Source: Dendrobates tinctorius
Taxonomy: Eukaryota
Direction of reading: 5' to 3'
Assembly (NCBI RefSeq): GCF_039654945.1
Contig: NW_027361819.1
Span: 1,674,001-1,738,000, forward strand
Length of the DNA: 64,000 bases
Shown here in pieces: positions 1 through 12,351 of the stretch. A program made the translations under genes and the position numbers. The stretch's first letter is position 1; each line of letters opens with the position of its first letter. The notes under the pieces are model-generated. The model was not told the origin of the DNA. It saw only the letters and a program-made list of their open reading frames with translations, and searched no databases.

Positions 1-211
1 GAGGAGTGTTGGCCACGGCACTGTCTGAGCCCGATGTGGCCCCTGCACAACTCTTCTCACAGTCTCTGTCAGCGGTGGCGGTCGTGGTGCTTGGGTGTAG
101 GCCTACGCTGTACGGATGCTCTGGGACCGAAGCACTCACTGGTCCCTGCTGTAGTGTCTGACAAGGGTACGTGCCACAGTCCTGTATGAGCCCAACATTT
201 CTTTGGGGGCC

Positions 212-446
212 ATGCTAAGTAATCTACCCAGGTTCTTCGGCAGCAATACTATGCTGTAGAACTGGCGGAGCGAATGCGTGGGTTATTCAGGATGCATCCG
301 CTTACCCTTGACCTAGAGGCAGAAGTGGCCCTGATGGCGTTGGACGGGGAAGCCCGGGATACCGTAATGTTGAGGCCCTGGGGGCAGCGAAACACCTTTG
401 TCAGGGTGTTACAGATCTTAGAAGAGGCCTATGGGGACCCGACCGA
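212..446 (+). pseudogene. LTR-retroelement (Gypsy/PNMA-like) gag fragment, 5' part, interrupted by the hAT insertion
   Basis: ORF 274.. (ALDGEARDTVM...LEEAYGDPTD) continues in frame at 15905 (PTDVGELRTQMFRRMQKEGETV) once 447-15904 and one TSD copy are removed. The motifs are capsid-like. Confidence 0.75.
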
Positions 447-844
447 TAGAGTTGAGCGAAACGGGTCGAACAATTTCAAAAGTCGCCAACTTTTGGCAAA
501 GTCGGGTTTCATGAAACGAAACCCGACCCTAGGATGAGGTCGGCCACGAGGTCGGCGACTTATGCGCCAAAGTCGCGTTTCAAAAGTTTGTTTAGCGCTC
601 TTTTTCAGCCAATCAGGATCCACGGACACTGTGGGCAACGTGATGACATAGGCAGGGGTCACCACCATCTTTCAGAAGGGCATGCAAGTGATTGGCTTGC
701 TTTGGTGGGCGTCACAGGGGTTATAAAAGGGCGTGCACGCCGACCGCCATCTTACTTCTGCCGATCTTAGCATAGGGAGAGGTTGCTGATTCTGTAGGGA
801 GAGCGTTAGGCCTCTTTCACACATCAGGTTTTCGCCGTCAGGCG

Positions 845-1145
845 CGATCCGGCGCTTTTGACAGAAACCGGATCCGGCGAAATGCAATGCCGGATCCGGT
901 TTCCCCCCCATTGACTTGCATTTGCGCCGGATCGCGCCGGATGGCCATGCGTTTCATCCGGTTTTCGCCGGATCCGGCAATGTGTCGCAATGTGTCGCGA
1001 TCCGGCGTCTGGAAAAAACGTCTACTGTAACGTTTTTTGTCTCCGGCGAAAAAGCCGGACACGCCGGATCCGGCGCGTCCGGCTTTTTCACACAATGAAA
1101 GCCTATGAGCGCCGCAATGCGCCGGATCCGACGGCCGGATCCGTA
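845..1145. repeat. Harbinger left subterminal array of the palindromic motif (G)CCGGATCCGG(C)
   Basis: The motif recurs many times here and is mirrored at 6110-6290. Probable binding sites for the Myb/MADF protein (inference). Confidence 0.75.
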
Positions 1146-1496
1146 TTTTTGGTCTGAGCATGCTCAGTAGCTCTGCCCACAAGACATATATAAAAGCAAG
1201 ACAGTGGGACCCACAGCCACACCCAACATGCCACCCAAGACAGCAACCAGGCGCAGGAGAAGGCAGGAGACATCTGCAGCAGCACCATCAGCACCACCCC
1301 AATTGGAGCAGCATGCTGAACAACGGGAGGGGAGTCCAGCAGCAGATGAGAGACGGTAATTATCAAATCACCCATTCCTCCAAACTAGGGCTATTGAATA
1401 TCAAGATATTCATTGGCCCTTTGTTTCTCTTCATTCAACAGCCGCCCAATAGATGCAGCAGCAGCAATGGCAGCAGCTTGAACACCACCCACAGGC

Positions 1497-4087
1497 ATGG
1501 AGTGTGGCCACCAGGAAGACAGCACATCATCTTCTGGGAGCCCTCCCTCGCATCGTCAGCGTTTGACGGTAAGTTTTTATTTCCAAAATCCATCTTCTCT
1601 GTAATATATGTCTATTCATGGCCTTTTATTTCAAAACAGGAATCACAAGATGAAGAGGAGCTCCCAGAAGAAGAAGGAAGGGGTGGACAGACACCTGGAG
1701 TGGGCTCACAATTGGTAAGTTTTTTGCATCAAACGCAGAAACACAACATCACACTACACACAACACATAGAAAACAATGTTCTGCAGACCACACACAGCA
1801 AACAAATGCCTACATCCAAAGACATAACATTTTTTGTTTTCTTCTCTAGTCTTCCCAATCTGGTGCTTGGCCAAGAGGTCCTCGCAGTGCCTCCCAGGGT
1901 CGTCGGCGACAGCAACGCGGCGGTCACCAGCGTGTAAGTATAAATATTTTTGCTTTGTTTTTTTGCACTTTTTATTTCATTTCTTTTGTGGAGGCTAATT
2001 ATGTTATTTTTGTCTTTTTCTTTAACAGCCTTCACAGCGTGCTCCCGACTCTGACGGTGAGGATGGAGGGATTGATGTGGACCGCCTCATCAATCTCGTC
2101 AGAGAAAGGGAGCCGCTCTGGAATATGGCTGACCGCCGCCACGCTGACCTGATCGTTACCCGACGACTCTGGGAGGAAATCTGTTCGCTCCTTGTGGGCC
2201 GCTGGGAGGACCTCGAAGCTCGGGCCCAGATTAAAGAGCGTAAGTATATACAGTACCGGTTGCTTGATGTAAACCAGTGTTTCCCGAACTCCAGTCCTCG
2301 TGGTCCCCACGGATCATGTGTTCAGGATTTCTATTTACTATGGAAATCCTGAAAACATGACCCCTGGGGACCATGAGGACTGGAGTTTGGGAAACACTGA
2401 TGTTGTATACTAACCACTCCTTTCTCGTTTCAGGGAACAGAATTGTGAATCGGTGGCGGTCTGTGAGAGATCGTTTCAAGAAGGAGTTCAATAAAGAGAT
2501 GCGGGCCCCGAGTGGATCTGGAGGACGCAGGAGCAAGTACAAGTACGCAGAAGCCCTGTCGTTCCTCCGGGAAACAATGGTCACCAGAAGGTAAATATTA
2601 CACACCACATATAAAAAAAAAATGTTAGATGTAAATTTTTTTTTTCAGCCAGGGCCATACCATGTCAGTATTTTAATTGTTTTTTTTTCTCTTTATTCCA
2701 CAGCACGGTGAGCAGCACTCGGGAGCCGGCACGATTGGACCCTTCTGAGGCGATCCCTGAGGAGACCGGCACCGAGGGACACTTCGACCGCCCCGGTACA
2801 TCTGCACCTTCCCAGCCTTCCAACACATTCGACCCATCTGTCCCATCCACCAGCACAGGAGCATCGTGGCCGCCTACATTACATGAAGCTGCTGGTGAGG
2901 AGATCGCTTTCCCTTTACCCCACCCTTCTGCCCCTGCCACCTCTAGTACACCTGCGGGTACTGGGCGGCAGCGGCAGAGGGGTCAGGAAAAGACTTATGC
3001 GCCAGAGTTCTTGCATCTGAATGCATCTTTCCAGAACTGTCTAAAAGTCTTGTCAGAGCAAATCTCCGCAGGCTATCAGCAGATCAACTCCAGCATTCTG
3101 GAGGTGAAGACACTTCTGCAAACCATGCATTCAGAAGCAAGATCTTCGCCAAACCACACCTTTTTCAGGTCTGTTGTGGAGCGCATGGAAACGCTCTCTC
3201 CTGCCCAGCAGATGCATGTAATGCATTCATGCCATGCTGCTCTCCAGCAAGTTACCTCCCAACCTCCTCCTCCTCCCACCACAGTAGTTCCTCCACCTGC
3301 ACCCCCTCCAGCCACTTTCCATCCTCCCCCTCCTATTACATTTACACCCCCTCCAGCCACTTTCCATCCTCCCCCTCCTATTACATCTACACCCCCTCCA
3401 GCCACTTTCCATCCTCCCCCTCCTATTACATACCATCCACCTCCAGCCACTTTCCATCCTCCCCCTCCTATTACATACCATCCACCTCCCCAGCACCATC
3501 CACCTCCCCAACACCATCCACCTCCCCAACACCATCCACCTCCCCAACACCATCCACCTCCCCAGCACCATCCACCTCCCCAGCACCATCCACCTCCCCA
3601 GCACCATCCACCTCCCCAGCACCATCCACCTCCCCAGCACCAGCCACCTCACCAGCACCTGCAAACTCCCCAGTACCAGCAACCTCCCCAGTACCAGACA
3701 TCTCCCCACTTCCAGCAACCTGCCCCGTACCAGACATCTCCCCACTTCCAGCAACCTGCCCCGTACCAGACATCTCCCCACTTCCAGCAACCTGCCCCGT
3801 ACCAGACATCTCCCCACTTCCAGCAACCTGCCCCGTACCAAACTCCTTCCCCATACAACTTGCCATCAACATCATCTGCTCCTACAGTCCCTGCCCAACC
3901 CTCCACTCCACCACCCACCACCTCTTCTGCTTCCCACATGTCCACCCATTCTGTAGTTTTTTCCACACCTTCACCTCTAACTGTTCCTTCCCCACCACGA
4001 TCCCAGTCCTCTCTCCACACTCCCAGTGTCGAAGTGTCCCGCAGCCCCTACAGCAGTATTTCCACCACACACTACACAGAATTATAA
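1497..4087 (+). CDS. Harbinger accessory DNA-binding protein (MADF/Myb-SANT-like, BESS-like motif, Pro/His/Gln-rich tail), ~660 aa, 6 coding exons
   Basis: Predicted exons 1497-1568, 1640-1714, 1850-1933, 2029-2239, 2434-2590 and 2704-4087 are all GT-AG and join in frame. MADF signature LINLVREREPLWN...LWEEI...RWRSVRDRF. BESS-like FFRSVVERMETLSPAQQM. AATAAA at ~4100. The start codon is uncertain. Confidence 0.82.
2275..2399. mobile_element. Small palindromic MITE in an intron of the MADF gene
   Basis: CAGTGTTTCCCGAACTCCAGTCCTCGTGGTCCCCA ... TGGGGACCATGAGGACTGGAGTTTGGGAAACACTG. The termini are hAT-Charlie-like but there is no clean TSD. Confidence 0.65.
3300..3845 (+). repeat. Coding tandem repeats (PPPATFHPPPPIT x4, QHHPPP x~9, YQTSPHFQQPAP x4)
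   Basis: In-frame ~42-45, 18 and 36 nt units. Confidence 0.9.
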
Positions 4088-4587
4088 TGTGTGTATTTAA
4101 ATAAAAATGACCAGTTTTATGGTTTCAGTTTTATAGTTTCAAAGTTTTATTAAACAAGTTTATTAAAATTTTAAAAAAGTTTACTAAAAAAAACATTTTT
4201 CAATAAAAGTTAAATTATTTTACACTGGTTGTCTGTCATTTCTTTCTGCGGCGAAAAAGGTTAAATACAGGGTATTTAAAAGGTGAAATGGTATTCAAAA
4301 CTAGGTATATAACTGTGGGTAAATTTTAGCTTTTTGCCACAGTTGTGTTCCTGGTTGTGTTTGAAGCAAAGTATTTCACCTAAAAAGTTGTGTTTATTGT
4401 TGGTGATTTCCTAACAATGTACACAACTTTTGTTAAAAGGTGAAATACTTTGCATAAAACACAACCAGGTACACACCTGTGGCCTAAAGCTAAAAATAGA
4501 GACCATGACAAGATAGCCAACTTTGGTTGGCAAAGGTATATACTGTTGGTACAGAAGGTACACAAGTTTGGTTAGGGCACAAATCTT

Positions 4588-5970
4588 TCACACTCTGTCA
4601 TCCTGCCAGTGTACTCTGCCTTGAGGTGACATAAAGTATAGTACAAAATTGTCCCTCATTACTGAAACCGTCACAGAACTTCTAGTGGTAATGTCATGGT
4701 AATCTTGCAAGGTGGTTTCTTCAGAGGTGTCCTCAATGGAAATGGGTTCCTTGCAGATAACAAAATTGTGGAGTACCACGCACGCTTTGATCACCTCGTC
4801 CACAGTTTCTGTCTTGAGGTTGATCGCAGTCAATAGGACCCGCCATTTGGCTGTCAGAATACCAAAGGTACATTCAACCATTCTTCTTGCTCTTGTGAGG
4901 CGGTAATTAAAAATGCGTTTTGGTCTTGTCAATCCTCTGCTAGAGTACGGTTTCAAAAGGTGTTCTGACAGCTGGAAGGCTTCATCCCCTACACAGACAA
5001 ATGGCATAGGTGGACCAGATGTTTGCGGCAGCGGTCTAGGTGGTGGGAACTGGAAGGTGTTTCCATACAGTTTACGCCCCATGGCAGACAGTTTGAAAAC
5101 TTGAGAGTCATTGGAGCGGCCATAGGCCCCAATATCAACCGCAATAAATTTGTATTCCACGTCAGCGATGGCCATGAGGACAATTGAAAAATATTTCTTG
5201 TAATTGAAATATTCCGATCCCGATCCAGCTGGCTTTACAATGCGGATATGTTTCCCGTCCACAGCGCCCAAGCAGTTTGGAAACTGACATATCTGTTGAA
5301 ACTTGTCAGCAATTTCAATCCACCTCTCTGTTGTGGGCTCTGGTAAAAACTCTTCAGCTAAGGAGTCCCACAGTGCACGGCATGTGTACTTCACAATTCC
5401 AGATATGGGGGAAATCCCGAGTCTGTACTGGAAATGCAGTGACGAAAGGGATTCTCCAGTTGCAAGAAATCTGTGGGGAATTAAAAAACAATAAATTAGT
5501 TTTAAATCACAGCATTACATACCAAAACTGACCTATTACACTTGGAGATACAAATTACCACCAACAAGATTGCAGTGAAAGTGTGCTCTGATGTGATCAT
5601 ATCCAATAAATGTGGCTTACCTTAAAGTCACCATCAGACGCTCTGCGGGTGAAACAGAGAAGCGGCAATAGGTGTCCGCTTTTCTTATGAGGTGTGCAAT
5701 GCGCTCCACCAAGTAATCAAAATTCTCCATTTTCATCCTAACATATCCAAAAAATGTATCCGGGTTTCGTCGAAGGTCCATGCATAGTGTAGAATAGACC
5801 CCACGCGTCATTCTCTTGGCTGTGATGGGGTGGATCCACAAACGTCGTCTACGATGCCTGATGCGCTGCTGTCTCGCTCTCTCCTTCTCCAGAGCAATCA
5901 CCCTCAAACGATTTGCCTCCGCTGTAAAATCCGCCAAATTCTTCAAAATATTTCCAATGACAACATCCAT
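4588..5970 (-). CDS. PIF/Harbinger (HARBI1/ALP1-like) DDE transposase, ~410 aa, 2 exons
   Basis: Exons 5970-5621 and 5470-4588 with a GT-AG intron. Splicing restores LMVTLR-FLATGES. Motifs GAVDGKHI, YFNYK, VGDEAF and RARRMVECTFGIL are present with no stops. Confidence 0.92.
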
Positions 5971-6109
5971 CTTCGCCAGTAACTTGCTCTTCTCTCCAAC
6001 CTGCACTTTCTCCTCTACAACCTGTCAAAGAAGGGCTGTAGGAACATGCTATATATAGTTTTCCAGTAGCCAATCCCGTTCGGAAGGCCACAAGGGTCAA
6101 TTTTAAAAA

Positions 6110-6290
6110 CCGGATCCGGCGTAATCCGTCGAAAAACGGATAGAAAAATGGATGAACCGGATGAGACGGATCCGGTTTTGTCTGTCAAGAAAAAGACGGA
6201 TCCGGCAGAAAACTGGATCCGTCACATCCGGTTTTACTAAACATTTGCCGGATCCGGCGTTCCGGCACGACGCCGGATCGCGCCTGACGC
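6110..6290. repeat. Harbinger right subterminal CCGGATCCGG array
   Basis: Repeated GGATCCGG palindromes next to the right TIR. Confidence 0.7.
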
Positions 6291-6731
6291 CGAAAACCTG
6301 ATGTGTGAAAGTAGCCTTAGGCAGGGAAGAAGAAAAAAAAAACTGCTTCTGCTGCTAGCGATTTTGCCTGTGCAACACACCAGTCACTGTGTGTGCAGTG
6401 CAAGGGGAGGCTATATTGTGGTGGATCAGCGGTGTTGGTTGTTAGGCTGCCTTCTAAGGCTTCCTGACAGCTGCATCGCTGTTTCCCCACTGCTCTGCAA
6501 ACTGCTTTTTTAAAAGCAATCCCAATTTTTTTTTTTTGTCCTGCTGAGGTACTGAGCGTGCATTTATTCACACCATACAGCGGTGTACGCTCCTCACACA
6601 GTACCGTGTAACGGCTGTTATCACAGCCACAGTGAAGCTATCTGTCACTGTGGAAGGATAAGTGGAGGACTTGTTCCGTTCTTACAGACCTACACTCTAG
6701 GGAGATTCCTATTCTGCCCAATTCTACAATT

Positions 6732-7500
6732 CACTTTTTTCACACCTGTGCCATCGAGCCTGTGACATAGCGCTCTGATATTCAGTGGGCCTCACACAAT
6801 CCAAAAGTTTCCAGTGTCTACAAGTGTCTGCAGAAATTCAAAATCTCCCTTATCCTGTAGTCACTTTTTTCACACCTGCTGCATCAAGCCTGTGACATAG
6901 CGCTCTGTTATTCAGTGGGCCTCACACAATCCAAAAGTGTCCAGTGTCCACAAGTGTCTGCAGAAATTCAAAATCTCCCTTATCCTGTAGTCACTTTTTT
7001 CACACCTGCTGCATCGAGCCTGTGACATAGCGCTCTGATATTCAGTGGGCCTCACACAATCCAAGTGTCCAGTGTCCACAAGTGTCTGCAGAAATTCAAA
7101 ATCTCCCTTATCCTGTAGTCACTTTTTTCACACCTGCTGCATCGAGCCTGTGACATAGCGCTCTGATATTCAGTGGGCCTCACACAATCCAAGTGTCCAG
7201 TGTCCACAAGTGTCTGCAGAAATTCAAAATCTCCCTTATCCTGTAGTCACTTTTTTCACACCTGTGCCATCGATCCTGTGACATAGCGCTCTGATATTCA
7301 GTGGGCCTCACACAATCCAAAAGTGTCCAGTGTCCACAAGTGTCTGCAGAAATTCAAAATCTCCCTTATCCTGTAGTCACTTTTTTCACACCTGCTGCAT
7401 CGAGCCTGTGACATAGCGCTCTGATATTCAGTGGGCCTCACACAATCCAAGTGTCCAGTGTCCACAAGTGTCTGCAGAAAATCTAAATCTCCCCTGTCCT
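6732..7500 (+). repeat. hAT-internal tandem repeat, 128-130 bp x ~6
   Basis: CACTTTTTTCACACCTG recurs at 6732, 6862, 6992, 7120, 7248 and 7378. Confidence 0.92.
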
Positions 7501-7569
7501 ATAGACACCTTGTACCTTGTTTTACATTACTATATAGTTTGTTGGATTTTGTCTACATTTCTACCAAAA

Positions 7570-10500
7570 ATGAGGAAGGCTGGTGGAAGAGGCCGTGGAA
7601 TTGGGCGGGGGTTGGCAGCTGGTAATGATGGTGTTGGTGGTGGATCTGATGGTAGTGGCAAAAGCAAAATAGGACCGAATGCAGGAGGTGTTGAGCCTGC
7701 GTCATCGTCTGGCTCCATAAGGCTTCGAAGGCTTAGTTTTCTAGGAGTTGGCAAACCGCTTTTAAAGCCAGAGCATCAGGAAAAAGTTTTGTCTTACATT
7801 GCTGACTCAGCCTCCAGCTCTATCGCCTCCTCTTCTGAAGTTGTAAAAAGTAAAAGCACTGAGTCGTCATTGGAGGCTCATGTTCATGAACCACACCTTT
7901 CCTTGTGTCCTTCACCCCAACCAAGATTGAAGGATGACGCAGGCCATACTACTGATTACTCCATGGAGCTGTTTTCACATACCATGCCTGGATTATCAAG
8001 TGAAATGGTGAATTACCCAGGCCAAGATGAATCTGACATGGAGTGCACTGATGCACAGCCGCTGATAGATGATTCTGCTGGTACATTCACTCAGAGCACT
8101 ACATTGTCCTCACAGTGTACAGAGCCAGATTCTGACCCTGATGAGACTCAGGTGCCCCTTCCCGCACACTATACCACCATACACGGTGACACAGAGGAAG
8201 GTGCACATGACATTGAAGAGGAGGTGATGGATGACCCAGTTGTTGACCCAGATTGGCATCCATTGGGGGAAGAGGGTGCTGCTTCCAATAGCTCAGATGA
8301 GGAGCATCCACAGCAGACATCGACATCGCAACAGCTGCTATCTGGCAGGCCCGGAGCACTCCAAAGACAGGTTCCAAAAATCAAAAGAGTTGCTGGACAG
8401 CTTGTCCAGAGGGTCAAAACATCACAGCGTGCTAGGCCGCAAAATGTCTGCCAAAGTAGGAAGAGTGCAGTGTGGCACTTTTTTGAACAAAATCCTCATG
8501 ATCAGGCCAAGGTTATCTGTAAGAAGTGCGCAAAGACCTTTAGCCGAGGGAAAAATCTGAAAAATTTGAATACCAGTTGCATGCTTAGACATTTAACCAG
8601 CATGCACTTGCAAGCGTGGACACAACACCAAACCTCAAGTGCCACATGTGCAACTGATCACAAAGAAGGTAGTCAGCAACGCTACATTGTTTCCCCCACT
8701 GTAAGCCCACCGGTTAGCACAGCAGCAAATGTTGAGGTGTCGTTGCAAGGCCACAGCAGTCAGGGAATCCCACTGTTATATCAACGAAATACTGAATCTA
8801 GGCCATCAGAAAGAACACCAACTCCATCACCATCATCAACCCTCTCTCAATCCGCCCTGTCCACCGCTACTTCCACCATATGCAGCTCTCAAGTCCCAGC
8901 TCACCCTCCCAGACACTATGAGTAGGTCAAGAAAGTACTCAGTCTCTCATCCGCGTACACTGGGTTTGAACGCCCACATTGCCAAACTAATCTCGTTTGA
9001 GATGATGCCCTATCGGTTGGTGGAAAGCGCAGCTTTCCGCGAACTCATGGCCTATGCAGTACCACGCTATGACCTACCCAGTCGCCACTTCTTCTCTCGC
9101 AAAGCCATCCCAGCCCTCCACCATCATGTGAAAGACCGCATTGTCCATGCACTCAAGCAGTCAGTGAGTGGAAAGGTGCACCTCACAACTGATGCATGGT
9201 CCAGTCGGCATGGCCAGGGCCGTTACGTGTCCATCACTGCGCACTGGGTTAATGTGGTGGATGCAGGGTCCACAGGGGACAGCGGTGGTGGGACAGTGCT
9301 GCCTAGCCCACGGTATAGGAAACAGCTGGCTGTAGGCGTTCCACCCTCCTCCTCCAGAAGCGAAAGCTCGTCCACAGAGCGCAGTCGTACGAGCACTCCA
9401 TCTGCAGCTGCCACTGTTGCACACGAGGTGTCCCCCTATCGAGCAGCTAGTGGAAAGCGTCAGCAGGCTGTGTTGCAGATGATGTGTTTGGGCGACAGAC
9501 ACACCGCCGAGGTGCTGGCCGAGTACTTGAAGCGACAAACTGAGTCATGGCTGGGCAGTGTACATCTTGAGGCAGGCAAGGTAGTTAGTGATAACGGCCG
9601 TAATTTTGTGGCAGCCATAGCCCTTTCAAAACTCAGCCACATACCTTGCTTGGCTCACACCTTGAACCTGGTGGTGCAGTGCTTCCTCAAAAATTATCCG
9701 GAGTTAACAGCCCTGCTCCATAAGGTGCGAAGACTGTGCGCGCACATCCGCCGGTCGCCTGTACACTCCGTTCGTATGCAGAAGCTGCAGCGATTGCTCC
9801 ACCTTCCCAACCACCGCCTCATTATCGACATTGCAACAAGGTGGAACTCCACCCTGCACATGGTGGAGCGGCTGTGCGAGCAGAGGCAGGCCATAATGCA
9901 TTTGTGGGAGGATACACGGCCAGGCACTTTGAGAACAGACATGGAGTTGACAGGTGTGCAGTGGTCGAAGCTGAAAGACCTCTGTAAAGTCCTTCAGTGT
10001 TTTGAGGAATGCACACGGCTGGTAAGCGCAGACGACGCCATCCTAAGCATGAGCATCCCACTTATGCGTCTGCTCATGCAAACTTTGACGCACCTTAAGT
10101 AGCAGGCGTCTGCAGCCAATGTTGATGAGGAGGAAGAGGAGGAGGGAATCCTTGATGACATTTAGCCATTGTCTGCTCAGGGACCTCTCCTGGACGAGGA
10201 GGAGGAGGAGGATGCATCTCGTGGGGCAAGTGAATATGTTCGCGTGGCAAGGTCTGGTACAAGGTTTGTGCGTGACTGGAGGGATGTGGATTTGCCAGAA
10301 AGTGCTCCTCCAACCAGCACTCGCAGTGCATCATTGACACCGGGAACATTGGCCCACATGCCAGATTATGCCTTGCGGATCCTAAAAAGGGACCCCCGCA
10401 TTGCCAAAATGATGAACGATGATGACTACTGGTTGGCCAGCATCCTGGATCCACGCTATAAAGGCAAATTACAAAACATCATGCCACAGAAGAACCTTGA

Positions 10501-11056
10501 CCTAATATTGGCTAATAAACAAGCAACTCTGGTAAATCGGTTGCTTGAGGCATTCCCAGCACACAGCAGCGGTGATGGTTCTCACACGAGCCGTACGGGC
10601 CGGGGGCAGCTTGGCAGAGGTGTTCATGGTGCACACAGCAGAAGTGGCGTTGGAGACAGGGGTTTCATGACAATGTTGTGGACTGATTTTTCAAGTACCG
10701 CTCACACAACTGGTAATACAGCATCGATGGAAAGTGACAGGAGACAGCAGTTGTCAACTATGGTTACAAACTACTTTTCCTCCCATATCGATGTTCTCCC
10801 ACACAGGTCATTCCCCTTTGACTATTGGGCCGCTAAACTGGACACCTGGCCTGAATTGGCACAATATGCCTTACAGGAGCTCGCTTGCCCAGCTGCAAGT
10901 GTGCTATCGGAAAGAGTCTTCAGTGCAGCTGGATCAATCCTGACAGAAAAAAGGACCCATCTGTCAACCCAAAATGTGGATGATCTAACCTTCATTAAAA
11001 TGAACCATGCATGGGTTTCCAAGGATTTTGTCCCACCTTCCCCTGATGACACATAG
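7570..11056 (+). pseudogene. hAT transposase (zf-BED, DDE, hATC dimerization domain; ZBED-like), inactivated
   Basis: BED finger SAVWHFF..CKKC..RHLTSMH; LTTDAWSS; VSDNG; CLAHTLNL; TRWNS; ASVLSERVFS. Frameshift at ~8890 and in-frame TAG codons at 10100 and 10163. Confidence 0.92.
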
Positions 11057-11479
11057 GGTGACAGAAAAATGGCTTGCTTTGGTCCACCTCTTCCTGGGAC
11101 TTGACCTATTTCGCCTTTTGCATCAGCTGAATGTCCAACATCAACATATGCCACTTTCTAAAACTCCCTAACTGTGCAGCCTCCCCCCCCCATGGCCGGG
11201 GTCACCACCTAGCGCACGACACCGTGCGAGTGCCGTTGCCCTGGACAGGTGGGTAGGCCGACTCTTGGGCGTGGGCACTGGCACAGGGTCCCTCATAGTG
11301 CTATCAAGTGTCTCTGACGGTGGTGGTGCACACCCGCCGTCAGACACACCGCCGTACTATGAGGGGCCCAGTGCCAGTACCGACGCCCACGAGTGGGCCC
11401 CCCTTGCTTGGGCAGAGCCCCAGCATTTGCAATATTTACCTCTCCCTGCTCCTCCGCTGTGTAGTCTGGGCTGTCAAAT

Positions 11480-11880
11480 CCATACTGTGCCTGACACCGT
11501 CTGAGCCTGCCTCCTGATGTATAGACATATATTTTGAATGTGTACGCTATCCATACATGTTATCCGGGGATACGGTACCATTTCTCACCTTTGTGCAATC
11601 ACGTGCAAGCCATACTGGGCCTAAAACCATCTGAGCCTGCCTCCTGATGTATAGACATATCTTTTGAATGTGTACGCTATCCATACATGTTATCCGGGGA
11701 TACGGTACCCTTTCTCACCTTTGTGCAATCACTTGCAAGCCATACTGGGCCTAACACCGTCTGAGCCTGCCTCCTGATGTATAGACATATCTTTTGAATG
11801 TGTACGCTATCCATACATGTTATCCGGGGATACGGTACCCTTTCTCACCTTTGTGCAATCACGTGTAATCCATACTGGGC
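11480..11880 (+). repeat. hAT-internal tandem repeat, 130 bp x ~3
   Basis: CTGAGCCTGCCTCCTGATG at 11501, 11631 and 11761. Confidence 0.9.
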
Positions 11881-11990
11881 GTGAGAACGGCTGGCGAGCT
11901 GTTAAGCAAGCTACAGCACCTGTGGTTTGCACACGTAAGTTTTTCATTTTTTCAGGAATGTCGGTTAGGCCTAATTCCGGAACTGCGGTT

Positions 11991-12320
11991 GACCTACACT
12001 TACTGGGAAATCATCGTTCGCGAGTAATAATTGTAATCAGTGATCCCCATCACTAACGTTGTTCAGCGGGTTATCTGCACCTGTAAGCGACAAACGCTGG
12101 CCTTTTCAGTGTAGCGCACATGCAGCCACGGACATGTAAGGGCATGACACACCAGTTATTGGCCAATCTCATGTGCCAGAGCCTCACGTGTCCCTCTAGT
12201 AAGCCGGACTCGGACCGCGGGGCACGACGGAGTCTCGTTCGTTAACGGAATTAAGCTTGCAATGTGTGCATCTGTTCTGTAGCTGGCATGGTTGAGGTTG
12301 CCCGTGTTGAGTCAAATTAC

Positions 12321-12351
<31 letters not shown>

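Larger units (their letters stand above)
809..6316. mobile_element. PIF/Harbinger DNA transposon, apparently intact autonomous element
   Basis: ~46-bp TIRs (GGC(CT/TA)CTTTCACACATCAGGTTTTCG.CGTCAGGCGCGATCCGGCG). TTA TSD at 806-808 and 6317-6319. Two convergent genes: transposase and MADF protein. Confidence 0.95.

Noticed and set aside
1160-1849. 229-aa ORF as a separate gene
   Set aside because: It crosses predicted introns of the MADF gene; only 1640-1714 is in the coding frame.
3076-4104. Overlapping alternative-frame and antisense ORFs
   Set aside because: By-products of a stop-poor coding repeat.
6732-7500. CRISPR-like periodicity
   Set aside because: The units repeat in full; there are no spacers.
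7570-11056. Domesticated ZBED host gene
   Set aside because: It lies between TIRs with a TSD, has a frameshift and two stops, and a second family copy is nearby.
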